A stretch of DNA of 64,000 bases. Origin: Octopus vulgaris. Its lineage: Eukaryota. The DNA lies in NCBI GenBank assembly GCA_951406725.2, contig OX597820.1, positions 46,934,001 through 46,998,000 of the forward strand, given 5' to 3'. This document shows positions 38,695-51,490 of the stretch, piece after piece. Both the position numbers and the translations under genes were made by a program. Position 1 is the stretch's first letter; each line of letters begins with the position of its first letter. Under the pieces are notes generated by a model. That model did no database searches, was not told the origin of the DNA, and saw nothing but the letters and a program-made list of their open reading frames with translations.

Positions 38695-39945
38695 GTTGGT
38701 TTCTTTCTCTTTCTCTCTCTCTTCTACTTTATCTCCTGTTCACTCTCTCTTTTCCTCTTCTCTCTCTCTCTCTCATCTTCTCTCTATTATTATATATAAA
38801 CTTCTTTAGCTACAGTACAGACAATACAAATTGCATATAGAATATATGCAATTTGTATTGTCTGTACTGTAGCTAAAAAGTTTATATACCCTTCTGAAAG
38901 CTTTTGAATAAGTCAAAATGTAGATGTTAGATTTTGTATATGCTGTTGTGCATCAACAGATCATAATGAAGATGAAGAAATGTCTATGGCTTTTGTGTAG
39001 GCTGTGATGTATTTAACTCTTTAGCATTCAGATTTGTTTGTCAAATCAAATGCTTACTTATTCTCATTATTTTGAATTAATCACGCATTATCTTGTAGCT
39101 ACAAGAATTTGATGGTATGTTTGTTATATATTTAGAATGGCATTGTAGGATAGGTGTGAGAGATTGAATCTGATCAGTTTTAACATAAAACAGAATATTC
39201 GGGCAGGATATGGCTAGATTAAATGCTAAAAGGTTGAAATGCATCTATAGGAATTTATATTGCCTAGAATGTGTACATACTTTATAGATATGCATAAGCA
39301 TTGGCTCTATAGCTGTGTGTTACATGTAGTCAGTGAAGACTTGTATTTAATAACTATATGCATTTGTGCATATTGTAATACACTGTAGGACTGTATATGA
39401 CTTTAATCTATGGAGATTTATATAGCAGATGCTGCAGGATCAGTATTTAGTCGTTAGAGTATTGAGCTCACAATCATGAGGTAGTGAGTTTGATTCCCAG
39501 AACGGGCAGTGTGTTGTGCTCTTGAGCAAGACACTTTGTTTCACATTGCTCCAGTCCACTCAGCTGTAGAAATGAGTTGCAATGTCACTGGTACCAAGCT
39601 GTATCAGTCTTTGCCTTTCCCTTGGATGACATTGATGGCTTGGAGAGGGAGAGGCTGGTATGCAGAGGTGACTGGTGGTCTTCCATAAACAACCTTGCCC
39701 AAACTTGTACCTTGGAGGGGAACTTTCTAGGTGTAATCCCATGGTCATTCATGACCAAAGGGGGTCTTTACTCTTTACTCAATATTTGGAGGTTTACATA
39801 ACTTGTACTGTAGTTATAAGTGTTTGTATAACTTGTAGTCTGTTATATGTTGATTTTCATAGGCTTTAATGTTACATAGTTTATGCTGCCTTAAATTTAT
39901 GTAAGGATTTGTACAATCTCTATGTTATGATAATATTTTTGCCAG

Positions 39946-40094
39946 GAATGCAGACAAACGTACGATACTAAGGGCATACAGAAAGCTGGCTGTGAAATGG
40001 CACCCTGATAAATATGATAATGAAGAGGACAAAAAGAATGCACAGCAACACTTCATTGATATTGCTGCTGCCAAAGAGGTTTTGACCAATCCTG
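39946..40094 (+). CDS. DNAJC3: DNAJC3 exon 10, copy 2
   Basis: Same sequence as 33535-33683. Confidence 0.85.
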
Positions 40095-40339
40095 GTGAGT
40101 GTTTGGTGACGGCACTAAGAATGTTTAAATGCTCATGTAGATTCACACTCACATCCACTCCCCAGCAATCTCTCGCCTCACAAGACATTTTCTCTCTTGC
40201 TCTCTCTCTCTCTCTTTCTCACTTTCTTTCTTTACCACATTCACCATATAAAGTGAGATCACTACCCAAAGTTACGGGGAAGTAAACACACCAGCATCGG
40301 TTGTCAAGCGATGTTGGGGGGACAAACACAGACACATAA

Positions 40340-40372
<33 letters not shown>

Positions 40373-40622
40373 TATATACGACAGGCTTCTTTCAGTTTCC
40401 TTTTACCAAATCTGCTCACAAGGCTTTGGTCAGCCTAAGGTGCGTCACAGTGGGACTGAGCCTGGAACCATGTGGTTCATAAGCAAGCTACTTACCACAC
40501 AGCCACTCCCACACCTTATATGTAAAATACTACAATTAGCTAGCATTTTTGGCGGCACAGTGCTAGCTTGTGTATTAATATTTAAAGTGACTCATAATTT
40601 CTTCCTGTCTTTTTTTTTTTAG

Positions 40623-40765
40623 AGAAGCGTCAAAAGTTTGATCACGGTGAAGATCCATTGGATCCGGAAAATCAGAACGAACATGGTGGCGGACCTTTCT
40701 GGCATCAGGGTTTCAATCCCTTTGAAAGTGGAGGAGGTTTTCAGTTCAAATTCCACTTCAACTGA
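40623..40765 (+). CDS. DNAJC3: DNAJC3 exon 11, terminal (EKRQKFDHGEDPLDPE...GFQFKFHFN*)
   Basis: Poly-T plus AG acceptor; conserved GEDPLD and C-terminal FKFHFN; TGA at 40763-40765. Exons sum to 1467 nt (488 aa + stop). Confidence 0.95.
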
Positions 40766-41635
40766 AAACAAAAACAAAAAAAAAATGGAGAGAAAAAACA
40801 AACAAAACAAAACAAAAAAAAACACCTTCCCATAAAAGAAAGAGAAATGACTTCTCTCTTCCTCCTCTTTCTACCCCCTCTTTTTTTAAAGATTTTTTTT
40901 TTTTTACATACATTTTTTTGTACTGCTACACCTTTGCCTACCCTAACCTCACTCCTTCCACACATACTCACACACTTTGACCTCTGATACCATTCCACAT
41001 TCACCATCTTACCTTTCTCTCTCTCTCTCTGTAACTATCTATCTAACGTGTGGGTAGTAGTAGGAGGGTGAGATAAATGATAGTGGTGATGGTGGTGTTG
41101 ATGGACATGTAGAGGACAAAGGTGGTTGTGGCAGTGGTGGTCGTAGGTGGAGTTTGATTGGTTAAGGTGATGGACATTGTGATACTGTGTGATGTGATGT
41201 GGTGGAGGTGGCATTCTGGAGCAGTGGTGGTGGTGGTGGAGTTGTAGGGTATGGCCACGCCCATCCCGCCACACACATACACATGCCCATACAGACGCAC
41301 ACTCTCACATGCATACACACACACATACAAAAAGCGGACATCTTGATAAACTGTTGGTTGTAAATAAAATATAATAATAATAAAAAGAAACTATGTATTG
41401 ATGGTGATGATGATGATGATGATAGGGTGGTGGTTGGCAGGGGTGATGGTGATGGTGATGATGGTTAGGGTGGGGATAGGAGTGGCGGTGGTGGTGGTGG
41501 AGTTTACATTGATAATGATGAGATGTTTCATCATATATTTCAAAGTGAATATTTTGATAGAAGTAAATATTCTGTTTGTGTTTGTAATTGTGTGTGTTGC
41601 ATTATTGTGTGTGCTTGTGTATGTGATTTTGGTGT

Positions 41636-41678
<43 letters not shown>

Positions 41679-42750
41679 TGTGTTTGGAATACTCTGTGTG
41701 TGTGTGATGCTGTACACAAGTTTGTGAGAATCACAAACACATACTGAGTTTGTGATTCTGTGCATACATAATTGTATTGGTGTGTCTGTGTATGTATGTG
41801 TGTGTGTCAGTTGTTTTCTATATCCCTTTTTCTCTCTTTCATATAACCCCTGCACACACACACACACACACACACACTGTATTTGTGGCCCTACACTCAC
41901 CACCCTCCTTATTGATCTCTATTACCATCATCATCGGGGATGCATAATCTAGTAGAAACTGCAGCCTGTTACCCTCATATCACACTCTACTGTTTTAGAA
42001 AAACAAAAAGAATGTAATCGTGAATACTCCTGAATAGACAGGATGATCACAGCTGGAATGTCTTATGATAAAAGATCTGCCCAATCTGGGCTGAACAACA
42101 TCATCACAAACCTTTCAAAAGACTTTTGTTATATTTCTAATTTCTTAATTTAAAAAAAAAAAATATTTTTGTTATTTTTTATTCTAAAAGTACCCCTCTT
42201 TTCTGTCACTCTCCATCATCGATTTTGGTTACATGGCCTGCTAGAAGTAGTAGCCAGGTCACACTCAAATCGCACCATTGTGTTTCATGAAGAAAGATGC
42301 TTTGGACAATGTAGTCCCTGACATACAAAAAAAAAAGATGGGATGGTCATGGTTAGAACTCCTTTGATCATAGGTCTGTTCAGTCAGGGCTGACATTGGA
42401 CTGAGCAACAATTATGACACATGACTTTTGTTCAAACTGATCTTGATTTCCTCTTTCTCATCCTCATCCACCTTTATATCTGTTTTATTGTTGTTGTTGT
42501 TTTAATCCTCCGTTCCTTCTGTAAGCTTTCTCACGTAGAGAAAGTTTTGAGTAAAAACTTGGAAAATAAGTCAAGAGCTGAGGAGGAGGAGGAGGATGTG
42601 GGTCTCAACCCATCTTCTTTGTGTGTGTAATCTGTTTAGTGTTAACTGTTGGAAAAAAAGGGGTACTTAATTCTATAGTAGAGATCCTGTGCACCCACAG
42701 GTGACACTTGGGAGTAGCAAGAGAATGACTCAACAAAAATATAATATTTG

Positions 42751-42806
<56 letters not shown>

Positions 42807-43035
42807 TAAATACACATGCATGTTCATGTGTGTGTAAATTTATATATAAATGTGAGTGTATGTAATAAAACATCCCTTTCTTCAGAAATGGGTATGGTTT
42901 GGTGACAGGAAGAACATTTGGTTGTAAAAATCTTGCCTCAATAACCCCCTGTCCAAATCCCATGCTAGCATGGGAAAATGGATGATAAATGAACAAAAAG
43001 TGTGTGTGCATGTGGGTATATATATATATATATTC

Positions 43036-43167
43036 ATCAAAAGAAAAACAGGATGCAAAGGATTTAGCGGTACATATGTTTCTGGCTTTATTGGACAGTT
43101 TATATCAATGCATAAAGCCAGAAACATATGTACCGCTAAATCCTTTGCATCCTGTTTTTCTTTTGAT
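43036..43167. repeat. Perfect 56-bp-arm palindrome with 20-nt loop
   Basis: 43036-43091 is the exact reverse complement of 43112-43167. Confidence 0.95.
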
Positions 43168-44687
43168 AAATATACCCTATCACCTACACCACTAACTGGC
43201 ATATACAGGTGCTTATAGTTATCAAGTATTCACCCTGAATTTTTTATATATATATATATATACACACACACACGCACACATATGCACAAATGTACATAAT
43301 GTATTCATATACACATACACTCATAAATATATTCATATCCACACAGACATATATATATGTGTGTGTGTGTGTGTGTTAGATGTTTGGTTGTACAAACTGA
43401 GGGAAAATGTACACCACACATACATACACACAAAATATTTGTTTTTGTCGGGGACATTATTAAAACATTTTAAAGTAAATAAAAGAATTGAATTGAACTC
43501 ATTTCCCCAGTCAGCATCATTACTACTACAACTACTACTACAACGACAACAACAACAACAATACAAAGAATGAAGAGATGAGGATTTAGAAAGTATATAG
43601 ATGGTTTGATTTTTACCTCTTTGTAAATAAGTTGAATGTAATGTAATAATGGTGATGGTGTGCTGGGACAGGTGTAAATTAAAGGTGAGTTAAAAGTTGT
43701 TTTTGGCTTTGTTTGATCTGTTTGATCCAGGTTCAGTATTGTTCTTCATTTCCTAAGATTTTTCATCTCCCTCCTTCTCTCTTCTCTATTTTGTTTATGT
43801 CCCTATTATCTCTTTCTCTTCTATTTTCTTCCTGTGTTTGTGTTATTGTCATTCCTAGCCGAGCGTGATCGTTACTAGCATCGCCTTACTGGCACCTGTG
43901 CCGGTGGCATGTGTAAAAAGATTCGAGTGAGGTTGTTGCCAGTACCACCTGACTGGCCCTGTGCCGGTGGCACGTAAAAGCACCCACTACACTCTCGGAG
44001 TGGTTGGCATTAGGAAGGGCATCCAGCTATAGAAACTCTGCCAGATCAAGATTGAAGCCTGGTGCAGCCATCTGGTTCGCCAGCCCTCAGTCATTCGTCC
44101 AACCCATGCTAGCATGGAAAGCAGACGTTAAACGATGATGATGATGATGATTTCCTTCTACAGACATTGCCTTTCATCCTTTCAAGGTCGATTAAATAAG
44201 TACCAGTTACACACTGGGGTCGATGTAATCGACTTAATCCCTTTGTCCTTGTTTGTCCCCTCTATGTTTAGCCACTTATGGGCAATAAAGAAATAAATTT
44301 GACTGAATATGAGCAAGTTGGGATAGCGATTAGTTATAATACCAACTGAGTGGAGTATATGGTGCAAAGTAATAATGGTGTCAAATTTTGACACAGGGTC
44401 AGCAGTTTTTGAAGGGATAAGGTAGTTGATTACATTGGCCCCGAAAGGATGAAAAACAAAGTTGACCTCATTGGAATTTCAACTTGGGATATAAGGTAAT
44501 AATCCTTTCTATTATCATGAAATTTTAAGGGAGGGAGTTAGTCGATTACATCGACCCCAGTGCTTGACTGGTACTTATTTTGTTGACCCTGAAAGGATGA
44601 AAGGTAAAGTTGATCCTGGTGGAATTTGAACTCAGAATGTAAAGAGCAAGAGGAGTAAGGTAATAATAAAAAGTGGTTGCAATAGAT

Positions 44688-45351
44688 CAGTGGTTCTCAA
44701 CTGGGGTCCATATGGCCCTTGAGGGGCCATATAAAATTCCGTTGTTAAAATTCATCGGCAATAAATTGGTTATACTTCCACAATACACCAAATATTAAAA
44801 TTTTTTTTACAATTCCTAATAAGAAAACCATCCGAACGTGGCCGTAGCCAGTACTGCATCGACTGGCCTCCGTGCTGTGGGCACATAACAAACACCATCC
44901 GATCGTGGCCGTTCGCCAGCCTCGTCTGGCACCTGTGTCGGTGGCACATAAAAAACACCATCCGAGCGTGGCCGTCTGGCACCTGTGTCGGTGGCACATA
45001 AAAACACCATCCGAGCGTGGCTGTTCGCCAGCCTCGTCTGGCACCTGTGTTGGTGGCGCATAAAATCACCCATTACACTCTCGGAGTGGTTGGCGTTAGG
45101 AAGGGCATTCAGCTGTAGAAACACTGCCAGATCAGACTGGACCTGGTGCAGCCTCCGGGCTCCCCAGACCCCAGTTGAACCGTCCAACCCATGCTAGCAT
45201 GGAAAGCGGACGTTAAACGATGATGATGATGATTTCATCATAAAAGTACAGTGAGATTTTTTTATATATACTATGAATGGTTATGAAGGTCCAGGAGAGT
45301 AAAATAGGAATCAAAGGGATCTATAGGCGAAAAGATGGTTGAGAATCACTG
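44688..45351. mobile_element. hAT-like MITE with a nested RTE tail
   Basis: cagtggttctcaac ... gttgagaatcactg TIRs; TSD degenerate. Confidence 0.7.
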
Positions 45352-45920
45352 CAATTGAGGAAGATATGGAAACAAGGGGTGAGATTAAATTTGAGAATAT
45401 TCTTTTCTGCTCTAGGCACATGGCCCAAAATTTGGGCGGGGTGGGGGGCAGTTAATTTGGTTGCCCTGTATGCAACTGGTGCTTAATTTATCGACCCCAA
45501 AATGATGAAAGGCAAAGTCAACCTCAGAAGAATTTGAACTCAGAACATAAAGACACATGAAATACTGCTAAGCATTTTGCCTGGCGTGCTAACGTTTCTG
45601 CTAGCCTGCCGGCTTCAAATTTGAGAATATTAAACAAGACTGATGAGATGACACCAGCTCAAGTTGGAGCTGAATCATGATGTTTAAAGAAGCAGTCGGT
45701 AACTTTATAAAGCCTTGTGTTAATACTCTTGACACTTTAACCTGTCTAATGTAATGCTTTTTTATTCACATTGTTTTGAATTAATCATACATCATCTTGG
45801 GGCTTTGAGATTTTGATGATGTGAATGTTTACTTTTAGTATGACATTGTAGGGTAGGTGTAAGAGGCTGGATCTTGACAGTTTGAACATAAAACATGAAA
45901 AAATATTTGGGCCAGTTTAA

Positions 45921-46142
45921 CCCTTTCGTTACCGTATTTATTTTGAGATGCTCTATGTTTCGTTCAATTAATTTTAAATATAACAAAGAATTTAGTAAAA
46001 TAACTTAGTTATCATTAAGCTAGTGTTAAGAACATAAATTGTGACTAAGGTTTGGTGGATGATTTTTATTCAAAACTAATGATAACAAGACATTTGTACT
46101 ATAGAGCCAGAGGTGGTTTCAGCCAGGTTGGTATCGAAAGGG
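45921..46142. mobile_element. piggyBac-like MITE
   Basis: TTAA-ccctttcgttacc ... ggtatcgaaaggg-TTAA. Confidence 0.8.
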
Positions 46143-46708
46143 TTAAATATTGTAGTTTTAAGGGAAGAAAACAAAAGTGAAAGCTTGATCAGAACTAAGG
46201 ATTCTTTGTTTGAATAACGATTATATCTGCTGGTTCTTGCAGAAAGATTGGTTTCAAATTTTGGCACAAGGCCAGCAATGTCTATGTGAGTGTGTGTGTG
46301 GGGGAGGGAGACATTTACATTGACCCCAGTACTCAATCCGTACTTGTTTTATCGACCCTGAAAGGATAAAAGTTAAAACCAGCCTTAAGAATAAGGAATT
46401 TTGCCTAATTAAGAAGATAGAATAACATAATGTTAAAAACATTTAACTGTATATTGTCTTGGAATTACATAGGTATGAGGACACACATATGAAGAAAAAA
46501 AAGAAAACAATATGAATCATAGCCTTCGACTTTTTCTATCTGAAGTATTTTTTAACCTAATATTTACACTTGCTTCCCAAGTACAAGGTTCTGGGTTCAG
46601 TCCTACTGTGTGGCATCTTGGACAAGTAAGTGTCTTCTACTATAGCCTCGGGATGACCAAAGCATTGTGAGTGGATTTGGTAGACAGAAACTGAAATTTG
46701 CATACGTA

Positions 46709-46938
46709 TATGAGTGGTTGCTGAAAAGTTACTGGCTTTGGATAAAATAAAATGGGAAATATGCTGAATAAAATCATAATTATGATTTTCTCCAACATAT
46801 TTCCCTCCCAGATTCATACACTTATTGCAACTTTCCTTCACTTTTTCTAAGCCCTGTAAAAGAACTTGGAAGATTGGGCCTCCAACCAGGCCTTTCGTAA
46901 CACCCTTAAAGACAGGTACTTTTCCGCACTCCCTCGTA
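46709..46938. mobile_element. Mariner-type MITE; inverted sister copy at 60721-60925
   Basis: TIR gttgctgaaaagtt.ctggctt, TA flanks, shared internal sequence. Confidence 0.75.
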
Positions 46939-48718
46939 TATATCTGTGTGTGTGTGTGTGTTTGTCCCCCCCCCCCCCACCGCTTGACAACTGGTATTGG
47001 TTTGTTTACGTTCCCGTAACTTAGCGGTTCGGCAAAAGTGGCTCATAGATAAGTACCAGGCATTACAAAAATAAATAAATAAAATAAATAAATGCTGGGG
47101 TAGATAAGTTCGACTAAAATTCTTCAAGGATGTGCCCAGCATGGCCGCAGACTGAAATAAGTAAAAGATAAAAGATGAGTTGCAAATGCATGTCATCGTC
47201 GTAGAGGCGGTGTCATTTGTTTCCACGTCCGGCCATGGGGAAATGTTACCTTGCTTGGAAACAGTTGATAGTTAGTGGTATGATGGAGATCCGAGATCCC
47301 ACCGTAAAATTCTACCTCAACGAACTCGGTCCAATCTATGAAAGCATGGAAAAATGGACATTAAAACGGTGATTATATATCGGGAAGACGACAATTTTGG
47401 AATCAAGACCAGTCATTATATAAGGGAGGTTACTCCTTAAATACTTTTTCATAACAAAAATGTCTCTGGTAATTTTTTCCCTTTGATTATAACTTTGCTG
47501 TCTATCACAACTAACATATTAGTTCCCAACAATTTATATCCAAGTATGTTTGTCTTTAGTTGTTATTGTTTAGTCCCAAGTCAGTTTTTAGAGAATAAAT
47601 CTATGATCAAAGATATTCCAACCGTAATCAAACCATTATTTATTTTATTCATATATTTTTAAAAAAATATCTGTAACTACCTAATCCGGTGCATCCGTTC
47701 AATTTTTTTAAAGACAGACGAGTACGACAAAGGGATACTTGACTAATATTCTTAACAGATCGAGCTACCTATTTCTTTATTACCCACAAGGGGCTAAACA
47801 CAGAGCGGACAAACAAGGACAGACAAACGGATTAAGTCGATTACATCGACCCCCTGCGAAGCTGGTACTTTATTTATCGACCCCGAAAGGATGAAAGGCA
47901 AAGTCGACCTCGGCGGAATTTGAACTCAGAACGTAACAACAGACGGAATACCGCTAGGCATTTCGCCCGGCGCGCTAACGTTTCTGCCAGCTCGCTGCCT
48001 AATCAAGCTACCATTAACTCTGACCTAGTAGATACACGATCAAGAGCATTCAAGCTACGATCATCCCGTCTTGTTTATGCGAGGCGAACCTACCGTACTT
48101 TTTCTAAGATTTGAAGGAGATTTGACTATTGTTTCTAGCAGGTCGAGCAACCACACACGTTCCTGCGTTAGATTACGTTATATGGTTGGTAAGATAGGTG
48201 AAGGAAAGCATTCGTTGTCGTTATCATCATCATCTCCACTATCACAGTTACAACTATCATCATTACGAAGCGGTCGCTCTACGTGGTCGCTCGATCTGTT
48301 AGAAATATCGGATCGTTTCCTTTTGAACGGCACATGTCAACACAATTTCTAGTTAACTAAACACTTTAAAACTTCGTATACTGGTAGAATGTGTCAAAAT
48401 AAAACATTTTTTTTTCTTGGCTGTCTTGATAAAATTGTAATTCGTTTGTTTAACGAAGTCTAATTTTTCGAATTTTAACCAATTAATCGCCTCTAATTGA
48501 GCTAAAATCATTTGCTGCGTCTAAAACTGAGACAACATCCTGTCACTAACCCTCACCCTCACCCTCACCCTAACCCTAATTTTTTTTTCTTAATTGTTAA
48601 ATTAATTTAAGGATAACAATTAAGAAAAAAAAACGAAAGCAATGGAAAATAACTTAAACAATTAACAAACAAAATAATTCTATAATTTTATACACACGCT
48701 TTCTGTATACGTTTAACT

Positions 48719-48770
<52 letters not shown>

Positions 48771-48772
<2 letters not shown>

Positions 48773-49502
48773 AGTTAAACGCAGGTGTTATTCAAATTCT
48801 TTTACTTCCGACACATGTTTCGAAGATATCACTGGTATTATTCCAAAGGAATAAAATGGTGTAAAACAATGTAATCTTCTCTTCTGGGAAATGAAGAAAG
48901 GAAACTCGTCAATAAGACATTTTAACAGAAAATGATGGATATGTATTGTGATTAAATGAACGCTATTAAGTTTGTTTTAAAAAAACGTTAGCGGATATAA
49001 CGTTAAAAGTAGCCTACAGAAAGAGGACGGGTACCCCCCCCACAAAAAAAAAATTAGAAGTATATAACTACATGTATATTAAATAAAACCATATAGACTT
49101 GGAAAAAGATATATCTAGTGAAGTAAGAAGAAAATTAATGTTTAAATTATATATAATGATAGATATCACTTATATGAACTAAAGGTGTGTTTCTGCCAAT
49201 GTTTACATCGCTATACATGCTCTATAACCGTGTTTACAAGGGGATTTTTTAGAAAAAAGAATTAAATTTAGTTCAGAATTACAGAGAAGACAGAATTCCT
49301 TGCCTTTGTCATAATGTATCGAGATTGAGAGAATCAGCAATTCTAAATTAAATTATTTATTGTGGTCTTTTAGATACCAAATTAATTTACTAAGCCCTGT
49401 ACTGTTACGTTTATTCTTACCCCTAAATGTAGCGTAACGATTAGAAATTCTTTTAGATAACTGAGAAGATGAGCTGCCTATATAAAAAAATATTTCATTA
49501 CC

Positions 49503-49510
<8 letters not shown>
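48771..49510 (-). mobile_element. Penelope-like element 3' end (C-terminal GIY-YIG endonuclease, Hydra-clade-like) with HHR-like motif at 48804-48892
   Basis: YIGSSSSQLSKRISN..FRGKNKRNSTGLSKLIWYLK, then CLLCNSE and RCKH. 3' UTR ATTTCC-CAGAAGA-GAAGAT..ATCTTC-GAAA-CATGTG-TC-GGAAGT. Flanked by (TA)n. Confidence 0.8.
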
Positions 49511-49540
<30 letters not shown>

Positions 49541-49544
49541 TAGT

Positions 49545-49813
49545 AGTCTATTTGCCAACGCAAGTGCAGTCATACGTAGGACGATGTTACTACTTTTTAG
49601 TCCCAGGAAAACATCTTTTCTAGCTGGTTACCGACACATGATCTGTGTCCGTATACTGTGAGCAAGGGAGTCTACGGAGTAGTAGGCTCCTTTGCTTACA
49701 GTATACGGACACAGGTCATGTGTCGGCAGCCAGCTGGAAAAGATGTTTTGCTTGGACTAAAAAGTAATAACATCGTCCTACGTAGGACTGCACTTTGCGT
49801 TGGCAAATAGACT
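49545..49813. repeat. ~130-bp-arm palindrome with a short (~6-nt) loop
   Basis: 11 substitutions and 1 indel between the arms. Confidence 0.95.
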
Positions 49814-50664
49814 TTACTATACAGCACTGTTACTACATATCTCTCGCCCAGAGATTTAAAACTAGTTGTTTTTCTTTTCACACACACACACACATATATA
49901 TAATCGACTGGCCTCCTCCCACCAAATTTCGGGCTAGGTGCCTAGAGTAGAAAATATTATAATGGTCACCTCAAATGCGGCGACCTGGCAGAATCGTTAG
50001 CACGCCGAACAAAGTGCTTAGCGGCATTTCATCCGTCTGTACGTTCTGAGTTCAAATTCCGTCGAGATTGACTTGTCTTTCACCTATTCGGGATCGATAA
50101 AATAAGTACCATTTAAGTGCCGGGGTCGATATAATCGACTTGACCCCTTACTCGAAATTGCTGGCCTTGTGCCAAGATTTGAAATCCATATGTACATTAT
50201 GTAGTCTATGGTGGAGGCACATGGCCTAGTGATTAGAGCAGCGGACTCGCGGTCGAGGGATCGCGGGTTCGAATCTCAGACCGGGCGACTCCGGCAGAAG
50301 GTAATGGCGAACTTCTGCTGACTCTTTCGCCACAACTTTCTCTCACTCTTTCGTCCCGTCCAGGTGGGGAAACTATACGCCAAGGAAACCGGCCCTTATG
50401 AGCCAGGCATGGCTCGAGAAGAAACAATGTAGTCTATGATTCAATCGTTATTCTACATTGTTATTTTCTACAATAAATGCTCTCCCTCATTTCGCAAATA
50501 TTGTATATTTATTCCAAAATACCAAAATGTATGAATATTTGTACATGGGTACACGATCTTACTACAGGTTACATATACAGTAATACCTCACTTTACGAGT
50601 TTTATTTTTCAAGCGCAAGATCTAAATTTGGAACTAAGTGTATCCCTGTGGGATGAAGTTAAAA

Positions 50665-51056
50665 TAATAATAATAATATTAATTGTGTACAGTGCTCAGG
50701 TGCACTACAACTCATCTAAAGTGTATATATAATCAGGTGTAGTTTCGGCGGATTTCAGAAAGTATGCGGGCCTTAAAGGATGCAGTGTCATGGCAGTCAA
50801 CAACTGACGCAGGCAGTTTATTCCATGCTTCAGCAACTCTGAGCGTGAAAAAATGTTTCCGAAAGTCATGGGAGCTGTGTTGTTTTCTGACTTTGTAGGC
50901 ATGTCCACGTGTGTTAGACACATGGAGATCAAAAAGGTGTTCAGTGTTGTTGTTGGTGAGGTGGTTGATAACTTTGTGGTTGTTTACCAAGTCCGTCGCC
51001 AGACGCCGGAGCTTCAGTGAATCCATGCCCAGGGAAACAAGGCGCTCAGAATATAG
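50665..51056 (-). mobile_element. CR1-type LINE 3' end with (ATT)n tail
   Basis: YSERLVSLGMDSLKLRRL...TRGHAYK...FFTLRVAEAWNKLP peptide. Confidence 0.9.
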
Positions 51057-51299
51057 ACAGAGAACACCACTGGAAAATACGAAAACTAAAAGAAGCAGCA
51101 CACATGCTAGGACACAACAACCTCCTAAGCAGACCGAGTGCACATATTAATAGCGTATGGGAAACGGTATTAAGGAAGGAGAGAAAAATGTTAGATTTAT
51201 AAGCCCTAAAGTTCAGTCCGTAATTGCCCACGTAGTGGCGTAATGGTTAAGAGCGTGGACTACTAACCCCAAAATTCCGAGTTCAATTCCAAGCAGTGA

Positions 51300-51346
<47 letters not shown>

Positions 51347-51490
51347 TCGAATAATACTTTAGGAATGAGAACCCAGGTTCGAAATTTCCCCAGGACACCT
51401 GATGAAGGCTAGAGGGTATATCAGCTGGCTAGAGGGTATATCAGCTGAAACGTTATGTTAATTCCTCATCACTTAAACCTAGAACTGCAA
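51053..51490 (+). mobile_element. Penelope/Poseidon-like 3' end: endonuclease C-terminus, tRNA-like Pol III boxes, minimal HHR (51394-51459)
   Basis: IDREHHWKIRKLKEAAHM..LLSR..W peptide; A box 51236-51246, B box 51279-51290; GACAC-CTGATGA-A-GGCT..AGCT-GAAA-CG-TT-ATGTT. Confidence 0.7.

Larger units (their letters stand above)
27841..40293 (+). repeat. ~6 kb direct duplication (27841-33882 vs 33983-40293), probable haplotype pair
   Basis: Same LINE, palindrome, mariner and exons 8-10 in both copies; scattered SNPs and indels; copies abut the gap. Confidence 0.9.

Noticed and set aside
31761-40094. A tandem double-J-domain DNAJC3 isoform
   Set aside because: Exon 10 ends in phase 1 and exon 8 starts in phase 0; the copies flank an assembly gap.
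51229-51301. Functional tRNA gene (likewise the SINE heads at 17862 and 56223)
   Set aside because: Acceptor and anticodon stems are broken, and the sequences lie inside repeats.
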